Shown here: positions 26,626 through 35,905 of the stretch, piece after piece | How positions within the stretch are numbered: the first letter of the stretch is position 1 | Layout: each line of letters begins with the position of its first letter | Sequence record: NC_031927.1 | DNA length: 64,000 bases | Reading direction: 5' to 3' (one strand) | Made by a program: the position numbers and the translations under genes | The notes under the pieces: model-generated | Databases searched by the model: none | Seen by the model: only the letters and a program-made list of their open reading frames with translations | Told to the model about the DNA's origin: nothing

Positions 26626-28925
26626 ACAGCGACATCAAGGTAATCAAAAGATCTGGTGCTAGTGAGCCTCTTGATATCAATAAGCTACATGTAATGGTAG
26701 AAGCTGCCTGTGAAGGATTGGCTGGCGTATCTGTATCCCAAGTTGAAATGACTTCGGAGATTCAGTTCTTTGATGGTATTACTACTGATCAGATCCAACG
26801 TATTCTTGTTAGTTCTGCCTCCAATCTAATTGACTTGGAGCACCCAAACTATCAGTTCGTAGCTGCCCGTCTAATGCTGTTTGCTCTACGTAAGCAGGTT
26901 TATGGTAAGCTTCACGAATTGATTACTGTGAAGGAGCAGGTAGAGCGCTGTGTAGAGGCTGGTGTGTATGATGAGGAGATCCTATCTCTATATTCTGATG
27001 AAGAGTTCGCTGAGTTTGATCGCATCATCGACCATGATCGTGACTATATCTTTACCTTTGCTGGTCTTCGTCAAGTAGTTGACAAGTACCTAGTCCAAGA
27101 TCGTACATTTGATAAGATGTATGAGACTCCACAATTTATGTACCTTTTGGTTGCGGCGACTATGTTCTCCCGCTATCCTAAGGCAACCCGCATGTCCTAT
27201 GTAAAACGATATTATGACGCAACATCAAAGCACCGTATCAATATTCCAACGCCTATTATGGCAGGTGTTAGAACGCCCCTTAGGCAGTACGCTAGCTGCG
27301 TTCTTATTGATTCCGACGACAGTCTCGATTCTATCTTTAGCTCTGATATGGCTATTGGCAGATACGTTGCGCAAAGAGCTGGAATCGGGATCAACGCTGG
27401 CAGAATCCGTGGACTCAACAGTTCGATCCGTGGTGGCGAGGTCAGCCATACCGGGGTAATTCCATTCCTAAAGAAGTTTGAAGCTACTGTCCGCTGCTGT
27501 ACCCAGAATGGTATTCGTGGTGGATCTGCTACAGTTCACTTCCCCATCTGGCACCAAGAGATCCACGATATTATCGTTCTTAAGAACAATAAGGGTACTT
27601 CTGATAATAGAGTACGTAAGTTGGACTACTCTATTCAGTTCAGTAAGATCTTCTATGAGCGCTTTATTCAGAATGGAGATATCACATTGTTCTCTCCTCA
27701 TGATGTTCCTGGTTTATATGAGGCATTTGGTACAGAGGATTTTGATACTCTATACAGAATGTATGAACTCAATGATATGACCCCTAAGAAGACTGTTAAA
27801 GCACAGGAGCTTATCCTAGAGCTACTCAAAGAGAGGGCAGAGACAGGTCGTATCTACATCATGAACATTGACCACTGTAATAGTCATAGTTCTTTCCTAG
27901 ATAAGGTTGAGATGTCTAACCTCTGCCAAGAGATTACACTTCCCACTCGCCCTTTAGACCATATTGATAGTACTGAAGGTGAGATTGCCCTCTGTATCCT
28001 CTCTGCCGTCAACGTAGGCAAGCTACGTAACTTGGAAGAGATGGAAGAGTTATGTGACCTAGCAGTCCGTGGACTCGATGAACTCATTGACTTTCAGGGA
28101 TACCCAATCAAAGCAGCGGAGATTGCCACCAAGAACCGCCGTAGCCTCGGTATTGGTTACATTGGACTAGCACACTACCTAGCCAAGCATCACGCCAACT
28201 ACGCCGACCCAGAAGCCTTACAGCTAGTCCACGATCTTACAGAGCACTTCCAGTACTACCTCATCAAAGCTACAACTAATCTCGCCAAAGAGAAAGGAGC
28301 TTGTGGTTGGTCTCATCGCACCAAGTATCATCACGGTATTCTCCCCATCGACACATACAAGAGTGATGTTGATGGTCTAGTTCCTAACAATCTCTCACTG
28401 GACTGGGAAGCCCTACGAGCCGACTGTATCAAGTATGGGGTACGCAACTCCACATTAAGCGCACAGATGCCCTCTGAAAGCTCCTCAGTCGTCTGTAACG
28501 CAACTAACGGTATCGAACCACCCCGTGGCTATCTCTCCGTTAAGAAGAGCAAGAAAGGACCTCTCACGCAGATCGTTCCTTCTTATCAAACTCTTAAGCA
28601 GTATTACACATTGTTGTGGGATATGAAGAGCAATGAAGGTTACATCAACATTGTAGCTGTTATGCAGAAGTTCTTCGATCAAGCTATCAGTGGGAACTGG
28701 AGCTATAACCCCAAGAACTATCCTGATGGTGAAGTTCCAGTATCCGTTATGGTAAATGACTGGCTGAATACATATAAGTATGGTTGGAAGACTTCTTATT
28801 ACCAAAATACATACGATACATCTAACGACGGCACAGAAGAAGCTCCCAAAGAGGAGACTATGGAAGACATCCTAGCCGAAGCAGAGTATTCTGATGATGA
28901 CGATTGCGACTCTTGCAAGATTTAG
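26622..28925 (+). CDS. nrdA: Ribonucleotide reductase class Ia alpha subunit
   Basis: ATP cone; PTPIMAG; SCVL; SNLCQEI; QMPSESS; NGIEP; C-terminal CDSC. Confidence 0.98.
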   Translation: MNSDIKVIKRSGASEPLDINKLHVMVEAACEGLAGVSVSQVEMTSEIQFFDGITTDQIQRILVSSASNLIDLEHPNYQFVAARLMLFALRKQVYGKLHELITVKEQVERCVEAGVYDEEILSLYSDEEFAEFDRIIDHDRDYIFTFAGLRQVVDKYLVQDRTFDKMYETPQFMYLLVAATMFSRYPKATRMSYVKRYYDATSKHRINIPTPIMAGVRTPLRQYASCVLIDSDDSLDSIFSSDMAIGRYVAQRAGIGINAGRIRGLNSSIRGGEVSHTGVIPFLKKFEATVRCCTQNGIRGGSATVHFPIWHQEIHDIIVLKNNKGTSDNRVRKLDYSIQFSKIFYERFIQNGDITLFSPHDVPGLYEAFGTEDFDTLYRMYELNDMTPKKTVKAQELILELLKERAETGRIYIMNIDHCNSHSSFLDKVEMSNLCQEITLPTRPLDHIDSTEGEIALCILSAVNVGKLRNLEEMEELCDLAVRGLDELIDFQGYPIKAAEIATKNRRSLGIGYIGLAHYLAKHHANYADPEALQLVHDLTEHFQYYLIKATTNLAKEKGACGWSHRTKYHHGILPIDTYKSDVDGLVPNNLSLDWEALRADCIKYGVRNSTLSAQMPSESSSVVCNATNGIEPPRGYLSVKKSKKGPLTQIVPSYQTLKQYYTLLWDMKSNEGYINIVAVMQKFFDQAISGNWSYNPKNYPDGEVPVSVMVNDWLNTYKYGWKTSYYQNTYDTSNDGTEEAPKEETMEDILAEAEYSDDDDCDSCKI

Positions 28926-28978
28926 ATCTTGCGGGGTCTCCCCTTTCCTGCTATAATTAACACCTCTTGTAGAATCCT

Positions 28979-30133
28979 ATGACTGCCCATAACATCGATG
29001 GAATGACTGTATTTAATTCCAACGAAGTTGATACTAAAAAACAACCTATGTTCTTTGGACAACCTTTGGGTGTCCAAAGATATGATTCATATAAGTATCC
29101 TATTTTTGAGAAGCTAACACAGCAACAACTAGGATTCTTTTGGAAACCCGAAGAGGTTTCTCTCCAAAAAGATCGTTCTGATTACCAGAAGCTTCGTCCA
29201 GAACAGAAGCATATCTTTACATCTAATCTAAAATATCAAATCCTCCTTGATTCTGTTCAGGGTCGTGGTCCTAGTATGGCTTTTGCTCCATATTGTTCCC
29301 TACCTGAACTAGAAGGTTGTATGAAAGCGTGGGAGTTTATGGAGATGATCCATTCACGTTCCTACACATATATTATTAAGAACATCTATTCAGATCCTTC
29401 TGAAGTATTTGATACTATCCTTAAGGATGATCGTATCCTAGAACGTGCTACTGCCGTTACTGCTGCTTATAATGAGTTTATCAACGCAGCGCACGACTAC
29501 GACTCCCGTAAAGTGTATGAGCAGGCACAGGAAGATGTGTCTGTTGCCCAGGAAGAGCGCCGTGAGCTTAAGCGTAAGCTCTATCGTGCTGTAGCAAATG
29601 TTAATATCCTAGAAGGTATTCGTTTTTACGTATCATTTGCTTGTAGTTTTGCCTTTGGTGAGCTAAAGCAGATGGAAGGTTCAGCTAAAATCATTAGTTT
29701 AATTGCTCGTGATGAGTCACAACACCTGGTAATCACCCAGAATATTCTAAAAAACTGGGAGAAGGGTGACGATCCCGAGATGGTTGATATTGCTCGGGAA
29801 GAGAAGGAGTGGGTCATCAACACATTCCGTGCTGCTGTTCAGCAAGAGAAAGAGTGGGCAGAGTACCTATTCAAAGATGGTTCTATGATTGGTCTCAATG
29901 AGAAGCTTCTAGCCAACTATGTTGAGTGGGTTGCTAATCGACGTATGAAGGCAATTGGTTTAGAGCCAATCTTTGATGTACCAGCCAAGAACAATCCTCT
30001 CCCTTGGACAGAGCACTGGCTCAACTCCAAGAGCGTACAGGTTGCTCCACAGGAAACAGAGATTACCTCATACATTGTTGGTGGTCTTAAACAGGATATG
30101 AAAGAAGATCAGTTCTCTGGATTCTCCTTATAA
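28979..30133 (+). CDS. nrdB: Ribonucleotide reductase class Ia beta subunit
   Basis: FFWKPEE, LDSVQG, EMIHSRSY, LEGIRFYVSF, IARDESQH, APQETE. Confidence 0.98.
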   Translation: MTAHNIDGMTVFNSNEVDTKKQPMFFGQPLGVQRYDSYKYPIFEKLTQQQLGFFWKPEEVSLQKDRSDYQKLRPEQKHIFTSNLKYQILLDSVQGRGPSMAFAPYCSLPELEGCMKAWEFMEMIHSRSYTYIIKNIYSDPSEVFDTILKDDRILERATAVTAAYNEFINAAHDYDSRKVYEQAQEDVSVAQEERRELKRKLYRAVANVNILEGIRFYVSFACSFAFGELKQMEGSAKIISLIARDESQHLVITQNILKNWEKGDDPEMVDIAREEKEWVINTFRAAVQQEKEWAEYLFKDGSMIGLNEKLLANYVEWVANRRMKAIGLEPIFDVPAKNNPLPWTEHWLNSKSVQVAPQETEITSYIVGGLKQDMKEDQFSGFSL

Positions 30134-30137
30134 ATAC

Positions 30138-30162
30138 AGGCTCCCTCAGGGGAGCTTTTTTT
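30138..30162 (+). terminator. Intrinsic terminator after nrdB
   Basis: aggctccc-tcag-gggagctt + T run. Confidence 0.85.
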
Positions 30163-30198
30163 ATGTCTAAATAGTTTTATAAAGTATTCATTAAAATA

Positions 30199-30642
30199 AT
30201 GTCTAGGGAAGAACTTATTGAATTGGCACTACAAGGTTCTGTAATTGCAGAGCAAATCGAAGAATCTGCAGACATTTACATTGATATTGCAGAGCATCTA
30301 CTAGCATCTGGTCACGCATCTACAATCAGAGAGATTGACGTAATCCTTAGGGGAATGACTGTTGAGTCTGCTTCTGGTATTTTGGATGCCGTAGAGGGCA
30401 CTCGGACGCTCTCTGAGGGGCACAAAAAGATTGCTGCTGGATTGGAAGCTGACCCAGAGGGATATATGGTACTGCGCCAGATAGCCACCGCAGAGAACGC
30501 TTGCCTACGCATCAAGACTTACATTGGTGGAGACAAGATGCTTCAACTACCAGCGTGGGTTCAAGCTAAAATGTCTATCGCAGCTGCTGACCTAGATACT
30601 ATTGCTGATTACTTACTATCAGATACAGAAGCTACTGAGTGA
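30199..30642 (+). CDS. Hypothetical late protein
   Basis: 147 aa; PAWVQAKMSIAAADLDTIADYL motif; CTAAATA upstream. Confidence 0.65.
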   Translation: MSREELIELALQGSVIAEQIEESADIYIDIAEHLLASGHASTIREIDVILRGMTVESASGILDAVEGTRTLSEGHKKIAAGLEADPEGYMVLRQIATAENACLRIKTYIGGDKMLQLPAWVQAKMSIAAADLDTIADYLLSDTEATE

Positions 30643-30648
30643 TTTATT

Positions 30649-31095
30649 ATGAGCACTGTTATTGCTGAAAACTTTTTAACACCTAATGGAACAGGAGTAG
30701 TCCCCGTAGGTACTGTTATTATGTATTATGGTGCTAATGCACCGACCGGATACTTGGAATGTGACGGACAGTCTACATCTGGCTATGATGATTTATTAGC
30801 ACTAATTGGTTCTAACGTGCCCGACCTTCGCGGGGAATTTGTAAGAGGTTGGGATAATGGTAGAGGTGTTGATACTGGTCGTGCTTTAGGTAGTACTCAA
30901 GATGATGAGTTTAAAGAACATCAACATACGATTGATACATATCTTCTCCTAGATGGAGCGAACTTGGTTAACCAAGAAAAAGTCATAGCTGATGACGATA
31001 GATCTAATAGTGTTATAAGCAAAACCACTAATTATGAAGGTGGGACCGAGACTCGCCCACGTAACATATCATTGATGTATTGTATTAAATACTGA
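30649..31095 (+). CDS. Tail-collar domain protein
   Basis: PVGTVIMY...PTGYLECDG...PDLRGEFVRGWD.GRGVD.GR.LGS.Q...ETRPRNI. Confidence 0.9.
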   Translation: MSTVIAENFLTPNGTGVVPVGTVIMYYGANAPTGYLECDGQSTSGYDDLLALIGSNVPDLRGEFVRGWDNGRGVDTGRALGSTQDDEFKEHQHTIDTYLLLDGANLVNQEKVIADDDRSNSVISKTTNYEGGTETRPRNISLMYCIKY

Positions 31096-31098
31096 TAT

Positions 31099-31140
31099 AA
31101 AGACCTCTTACTTGACAGGGGGTCTTTTTTTGTGTAGAAT
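31099..31140 (+). promoter_or_regulatory. Overlapping terminator hairpin and sigma70-like promoter (TTGACA 31112 -N17- TAGAAT 31135)
   Basis: aaagacctct...agggggtcttt + T run, with the -35 box in the loop. Confidence 0.75.
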
Positions 31141-31203
31141 CAGCCTTGTCGAGGGTGATAAGTGACTTTAAGTACTAAATAAATGATAATAGCTCTCAAT
31201 AAT

Positions 31204-31359
31204 ATGGCTTTTAGAATATGGCATTCACCTGTAAAGAGTACTGTAGTTGAGACTTGGGAAGAAGTTTTTGTTTATTATCAGGTTCAACTAGCTACTGTAG
31301 GACATCAGCCAGATTATTGGGAAGAGATTTCAGAAGAAGAATATATAAAGAAGCGGTAA
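31204..31359 (+). CDS. Small hypothetical protein (51 aa, not in ORF track)
   Basis: MAFRIWHSPVKSTVVETWEEV... open frame after CTAAATA. Confidence 0.5.
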   Translation: MAFRIWHSPVKSTVVETWEEVFVYYQVQLATVGHQPDYWEEISEEEYIKKR

Positions 31360-31368
31360 ACCACTTCA

Positions 31369-31797
31369 ATGGTAGATTACGAGAATCCCTGGATGTATAA
31401 AGGGAGACCTTTTACTACCGAAAAGATAAAAAATTATTATGGGTTCTTATACCTTATTGAGAATAAGCTCACCGGTAGAAAGTATGTGGGTAGAAAGTAC
31501 TTTGTACAGAAGAGAAAACCAAAAGGTGGTAAGCGAAGAGTAACTTCTGAAAGTGATTGGAAAAAATATTATGGTTCTAACGACCAGTTAAAAGCTGATG
31601 CGAAGGAGTTTGGTAAAGAAAACTTCAGTAGAAAGATACTATCTCTACACGAAACTGTAGGTAAAACTAACTACGCAGAGACAGAAGCACTCTTTAAATA
31701 CAATGTTTTAAGAGCAAAGTTAAAGGATGGTACTGCTGCATACTATAACGACAACATCCTCGGTAGGTATTACAGAAGGAACTATTGGGTGGACTAA
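31369..31797 (+). CDS. GIY-YIG-like nuclease
   Basis: YGFLYLIEN..TGRKYVGRK; WKKYYGS; E...LF; YNDNI. Confidence 0.8.
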   Translation: MVDYENPWMYKGRPFTTEKIKNYYGFLYLIENKLTGRKYVGRKYFVQKRKPKGGKRRVTSESDWKKYYGSNDQLKADAKEFGKENFSRKILSLHETVGKTNYAETEALFKYNVLRAKLKDGTAAYYNDNILGRYYRRNYWVD

Positions 31798-31820
31798 ATA
31801 AACCACCTGGTCTTTTTATT

Positions 31821-32528
31821 ATGAAGATTGAACTTAAAAACTTTTTTAAGTATTACAATGATGGCTTACCTCATCACAAAAATTCTATTGATAAACTAGC
31901 TGAAAAAATTGCTAAATTAGCACCAGAACTTTTGGAAGATGATGCCGAGTGGGTTTCTATCTACAGAAATCAATCTGTTGATAACGATGGCGACCAAGAA
32001 TTAGTATTACCTGTTCTCTACTACCCGCAGACAGACAACTACACACAGCCCGAGAGGACGTGTAATTCATCCGCTTGTGCTATGGCTTTGGAATACTTCA
32101 AGCCAGGTACTCTACACGGTCCTAAAGGCGATGATGAGTATATTAGGGAGGTCTTCCAAGTAGGAGATACTACCGACCATTGGGTACAGACAGAGATTTT
32201 AAGAAATCACGGCATTGAATCTACATTCAAATATGATTTAGATTTTGATGACCTTGATAAAGAATTAGAAAACCGTAGACCTGTTGTTATTGGTATCCTC
32301 CACAGGGGACCTCTATATGCCCCGTCAGGCGGTCATATGATTGTTGTGATTGGTAGAACCGAGAAAGGTGACTACATCGTTCACGACCCATATGGAGACC
32401 TCTACGATGGATATACAAGCACCGTATATAATGGTAGCTCTGCTGTATACGAAAGAAGAGTATTAGAAAAGAGATGGACGTGCGACGGTAGTCGTTCAGG
32501 ATGGGGTAGAGTTTTTTTTCCACAGTAG
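31821..32528 (+). CDS. C39-family cysteine peptidase, probable endolysin N-terminal part (235 aa short form)
   Basis: QTDN...CNSSACAMAL; GGHMIVVIG; YIVHDPYG; ATG 31821 after CTAAATA. Confidence 0.85.
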   Translation: MKIELKNFFKYYNDGLPHHKNSIDKLAEKIAKLAPELLEDDAEWVSIYRNQSVDNDGDQELVLPVLYYPQTDNYTQPERTCNSSACAMALEYFKPGTLHGPKGDDEYIREVFQVGDTTDHWVQTEILRNHGIESTFKYDLDFDDLDKELENRRPVVIGILHRGPLYAPSGGHMIVVIGRTEKGDYIVHDPYGDLYDGYTSTVYNGSSAVYERRVLEKRWTCDGSRSGWGRVFFPQ

Positions 32529-32558
32529 AACCACCTAACTCTATCTTAGGGGTTCTAC
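32513..32558 (+). other. Candidate -1 programmed ribosomal frameshift signal
   Basis: In-frame T_TTT_TTT (32513-32519), 5-nt spacer, hairpin gtagaacc-a-cctaa/ttagg-ggttctac (32525-32558). Confidence 0.75.
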
Positions 32559-33037
32559 CAAATTCAGGCATACAACTAATCAAAGAATTCGAGGGGCTTC
32601 ACGTCCTAAGAAACGATGGGTATATTCATGCCTATCCAGACCCACTCTCAGGAAATCTACCAATCACTATTGGCTGGGGTTCCACTAGAAAGTTGAATGG
32701 TTATCCGTTCAAGCTTGGAGATAAAATAACCAGGTCTGATGCTGATGAATTACTAATACATCAGTTGAAGGATGAATACTTATCTACTCTAGAAAGAGAA
32801 GTACCTTACTGGAGAGAAATGAACGACAACCAGAGAGGAGCTTTGTTGAGCTTCGCATATAATCTGGGAGCACATTTCTATGGTAGTGCTGGTTTCAGCA
32901 CAATAAGCCGTGTTCTTCGGGAAAAGGAGTGGAATAAAGTCCCTGATGCGCTATACTTATACCGAAACCCAGGCACAAGCGTAGAGGCAGGCTTGACCCG
33001 CAGACGCATTGCCGAAGGTGATCTTTGGAAATCTTAA
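32519..33037 (+). CDS. GH24 phage lysozyme domain in the -1 frame, without its own start codon
   Basis: STVEPPNSILGVLPNSGIQLIKEFEG...AYPDP...TIGWG...NQRGALLSFAYNLG...GLTRRRIAEG; catalytic Glu at 32591 lies upstream of the ORF-track TTG start (32693). Confidence 0.85.
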   Translation, partial: STVEPPNSILGVLPNSGIQLIKEFEGLHVLRNDGYIHAYPDPLSGNLPITIGWGSTRKLNGYPFKLGDKITRSDADELLIHQLKDEYLSTLEREVPYWREMNDNQRGALLSFAYNLGAHFYGSAGFSTISRVLREKEWNKVPDALYLYRNPGTSVEAGLTRRRIAEGDLWKS

Positions 33038-33038
33038 T

Positions 33039-33458
33039 ATGTTATTACCACTGTTTAAAGAAAGGTTCCAGGGCTTCTGGAACAACCAACGCCAAGCATA
33101 CAATGACCCTCGGGGGCAGGCATTAGTTCATGTTATCCATGAGTTTGATGTTGATAGGTATCTATGTTCTTATAGGTATCGTCGTCAAAAAAATCCATAC
33201 AGATATTTTGAAGCAACATTACACGATAACGATGGTCAGGTTATTTTAAAAAACCCCGTCCACGATATTATGTTTTATGTTCAGAATGGATGTTTTGTAA
33301 CCAAGTCTAATTTCATTAGCCGTGGCGTGCGTTATATCAATGAAGCCTATCTAGGTGAAAACTATTACCACGTCAAAGACCAAGGTTTTGATTTAAAAAC
33401 TGGGAAGCAAATTTGGGGTCTTGAAGGTGATAACTTCTATGAGTTTGATAGGACTTAA
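33039..33458 (+). CDS. cpeT: CpeT/CpcT-family phycobilin lyase-like protein
   Basis: F.G.WNNQRQAY..P...A; KDQGFD...GKQIWG...FYEF; ATG 33039. Confidence 0.7.
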   Translation: MLLPLFKERFQGFWNNQRQAYNDPRGQALVHVIHEFDVDRYLCSYRYRRQKNPYRYFEATLHDNDGQVILKNPVHDIMFYVQNGCFVTKSNFISRGVRYINEAYLGENYYHVKDQGFDLKTGKQIWGLEGDNFYEFDRT

Positions 33459-33654
33459 TCCTCTCTTCTAAATATTTGATGCAGTCGTCTAAGTTGTTAA
33501 TTCTTTTGTAATCCATAAGTAGACGCTTATAGTACTGTCACACATCGCATATCATATGCGAGTTCATATGCTATTATTTATATGTTCTTTAATTGAACCG
33601 TGGTGTGTTGAGGGGGTTGTTCCCCCCATCAAATGTCGAATTCTATTACTTAAC

Positions 33655-34278
33655 TTGAAATTATTTACCCAATTTGCAGCAGTTGCAACTTCACTAACTC
33701 TGTCTAGCCTAGCTACATCAACTGTCCCTCAGCTACCCGCTATGGCAGTTGAGACCGAAGAAAAGGCTACTGTTGTTGAAGCTGAGCCTGTTGTAGAAAC
33801 TGAAACGCGGTGGGTTCTCCCTACAGCTAATCATGCAGAGACTAAAGTTCTCAATGCATTACAAGATCGTGGTATTGAAGACCGAAATGCTCTTGCTACT
33901 GTTATGGGAAACATCAAGCAAGAGTCAAAGTTTAACTCTAACATCTGTGAAGGTGGTGCTCGGGTGTCTTATCATGGTTGCCGTAGTGGTGGTTATGGTC
34001 TAATTCAATGGACCAGCATTGGACGCTATCGTGGTTTAGGTAGTCACGCTTATCGTATTGGGATGGATCCGTCCACGGTAGATGCTCAAATTTCGTTTCT
34101 CTTTACCGAAAGGCAATGGAGAGGAATCGAGCCATCACTCAAAACCAACGGTCAAAGCATTGGTTTCTATATGGGAAAAACATATTACTGGCTTGGCTGG
34201 GGTATACATGGTAATCGTACTACTTACGCTTATCAATATGCTTCAAGGCTTACTAGCATTGAGGTTCCCGTCACATAA
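33655..34278 (+). CDS. Phage tail-type lysozyme / lytic transglycosylase with N-terminal signal-like segment
   Basis: ALATVMGNIKQES, GYGLIQWT, QISFL; probable TTG start at 33655 giving MKLFTQFAAVATSL. Confidence 0.75.
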   Translation: MKLFTQFAAVATSLTLSSLATSTVPQLPAMAVETEEKATVVEAEPVVETETRWVLPTANHAETKVLNALQDRGIEDRNALATVMGNIKQESKFNSNICEGGARVSYHGCRSGGYGLIQWTSIGRYRGLGSHAYRIGMDPSTVDAQISFLFTERQWRGIEPSLKTNGQSIGFYMGKTYYWLGWGIHGNRTTYAYQYASRLTSIEVPVT

Positions 34279-34300
34279 ATAATGCAGCTTATGCTTTTCT

Positions 34301-34687
34301 ATGGGACCTAAGTATGATGTCGAATTCTATTTTGGAGTTCGACCTGTAAGAACAATTCATTTATACATAACTGCCATCTTTTTGAGCTTGGCAGTTAGTT
34401 TAATATCTCATTACACAAAAGCAGATAAAAAAAATCTCTGGCTTATTGTTGATGAGATAGGAAAAAAGTATAACATTAGAGTTATTAACAAACTAATCCT
34501 TTCTGTTCCTGAACTTTTATCAGGACGTATTGACAATGAGATTGATAAAGCTATTGATGAATACAATAGTGTGCTAGAATTAGAAGAACCTCATAACACA
34601 CCAATCTTTACAGAAGAAAGTGAAGGTGAAACTTCTCTTGGTGGTGAAATGAGACTTCGTTCTCCCTGGAATACAACTGACGATTAA
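34301..34687 (+). CDS. Hypothetical protein with N-terminal transmembrane segment
   Basis: 128 aa; C-terminal GETSLGGEMRLRSPW. Confidence 0.65.
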   Translation: MGPKYDVEFYFGVRPVRTIHLYITAIFLSLAVSLISHYTKADKKNLWLIVDEIGKKYNIRVINKLILSVPELLSGRIDNEIDKAIDEYNSVLELEEPHNTPIFTEESEGETSLGGEMRLRSPWNTTDD

Positions 34688-34692
34688 TTATT

Positions 34693-34854
34693 ATGTCACG
34701 CTACGATCAAATTTTAAAAAATCTAAAAGAAGCAATCTCCAATCCCCATCTATACAATGAGGAAGAGATTCGTTTTATGAAGACACAGCTTCGCGAACTA
34801 ACAGAATCAAAGCAACAATTTCTAAGAGAAGATAAGAATGGATTTGGCTCTTAA
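34693..34854 (+). CDS. Conserved small cyanophage protein (53 aa, not in ORF track)
   Basis: LYNEEEIRFMKTQLREL...KNGFG. Confidence 0.65.
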   Translation: MSRYDQILKNLKEAISNPHLYNEEEIRFMKTQLRELTESKQQFLREDKNGFGS

Positions 34855-35275
34855 AATTGTAGGTGAAACTTGCCTTACTGAACCATCAATAGTAATTGAT
34901 GAAATTACTGACGATATTATCAATCTCTCCAACAAAATGAAAGAGAAGATGGTTCAGTGGGACGGTATAGGATTAGCTGCACCTCAAGTTGGACACAACA
35001 TCCGCCTTATTGTTATTCGTTTCAGCAGCGGTAAAATACAGGAAATGATTAATCCTAGGATTAGTTGGACTTCTGAAGTGCGAAAGAAAAGCCAAGAGGG
35101 ATGCCTAAGCATTCCAGGAGAAACTATTTGGGTTGAAAGACCATCTAAGGTTCGTGTGAAATTTCAGACTGCCGAAGGTGAGTTTAGATACTGGTGTCTC
35201 CATAAAATGGATGCCCGAGTATTCTTACACGAGTATGATCACCTTGAAGGTATTTTAATGACTGACCGACTATGA
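34838..35275 (+). CDS. def: Peptide deformylase
   Basis: GIGLAAPQVG, EGCLS, HEYDHLEG. Confidence 0.96.
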   Translation: MDLALKIVGETCLTEPSIVIDEITDDIINLSNKMKEKMVQWDGIGLAAPQVGHNIRLIVIRFSSGKIQEMINPRISWTSEVRKKSQEGCLSIPGETIWVERPSKVRVKFQTAEGEFRYWCLHKMDARVFLHEYDHLEGILMTDRL

Positions 35276-35415
35276 GTTACTGGGAATTAGAAACAGAAGA
35301 ATGGGAAACTGTCCCTGATAATTATGATGGTGCCGAGAGTATCACAGTTCGTGGTAGGCTTGAGCACCTAGAAAGATCATATTGTATTGAGTTTCGTTAC
35401 GAAGAGTATGAGTAG
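35272..35415 (+). CDS. Small acidic hypothetical protein (47 aa, not in ORF track)
   Basis: ATGA overlap with the def stop. Confidence 0.5.
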   Translation: MSYWELETEEWETVPDNYDGAESITVRGRLEHLERSYCIEFRYEEYE

Positions 35416-35470
35416 ATACAACATTATCTATACTATACTATATAATACATACACCATTATTATTAATTAA

Positions 35471-35794
35471 ATGGAAGAACGTGAATTTAGCGACCTGAAG
35501 ATGGAACGTAAGGAGTGCGGCAAGTGCGGCGCTACTTGGATCAACGGTCAGCATATGTGGCATACCGGAAACAAAGGAAGTGAAGCAGACCTTGCCGGTC
35601 TTGTCTGTAATAAACTAGGTGACTCCCAGTGTATCAACCCACTACGTGGCGATGAGAGTGGTGATACTTGGGAAGTCCGCGAAGGAGATCTTAGAGTTGG
35701 TTTCGATGCGAAGCGCGACCGTATGGAAGACCAGAGAGCACGTTTCAAGGAAGAGTATGGTGAAGACCCACACTTTGACGATCCACTTAAGTAA
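35471..35794 (+). CDS. Conserved cyanophage hypothetical protein (CxxC)
   Basis: KECGKCGATWINGQHMW...DLAGLVCN. Confidence 0.75.
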   Translation: MEEREFSDLKMERKECGKCGATWINGQHMWHTGNKGSEADLAGLVCNKLGDSQCINPLRGDESGDTWEVREGDLRVGFDAKRDRMEDQRARFKEEYGEDPHFDDPLK

Positions 35795-35905
35795 GTCTTA
35801 ATTATGTGAAGCGATTAGCAAACGGTAACCGCTTCATAAACTGGCATACCACTCTTTGCATGGGGTGATTTTTTATTGTATGATGACTACAGTTCAAACA
35901 AACTA

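Noticed and set aside
7661-30133. Introns or inteins in gp43, uvsX, gp41, gp61, nrdA and nrdB
   Set aside because: All are continuous with roughly expected lengths and no intein terminal motifs.
32693-33037. ORF-track lysozyme of 114 aa starting at TTG 32693
   Set aside because: It would lack the catalytic Glu/Asp/Thr region encoded upstream in the same frame; replaced by the frameshift model.
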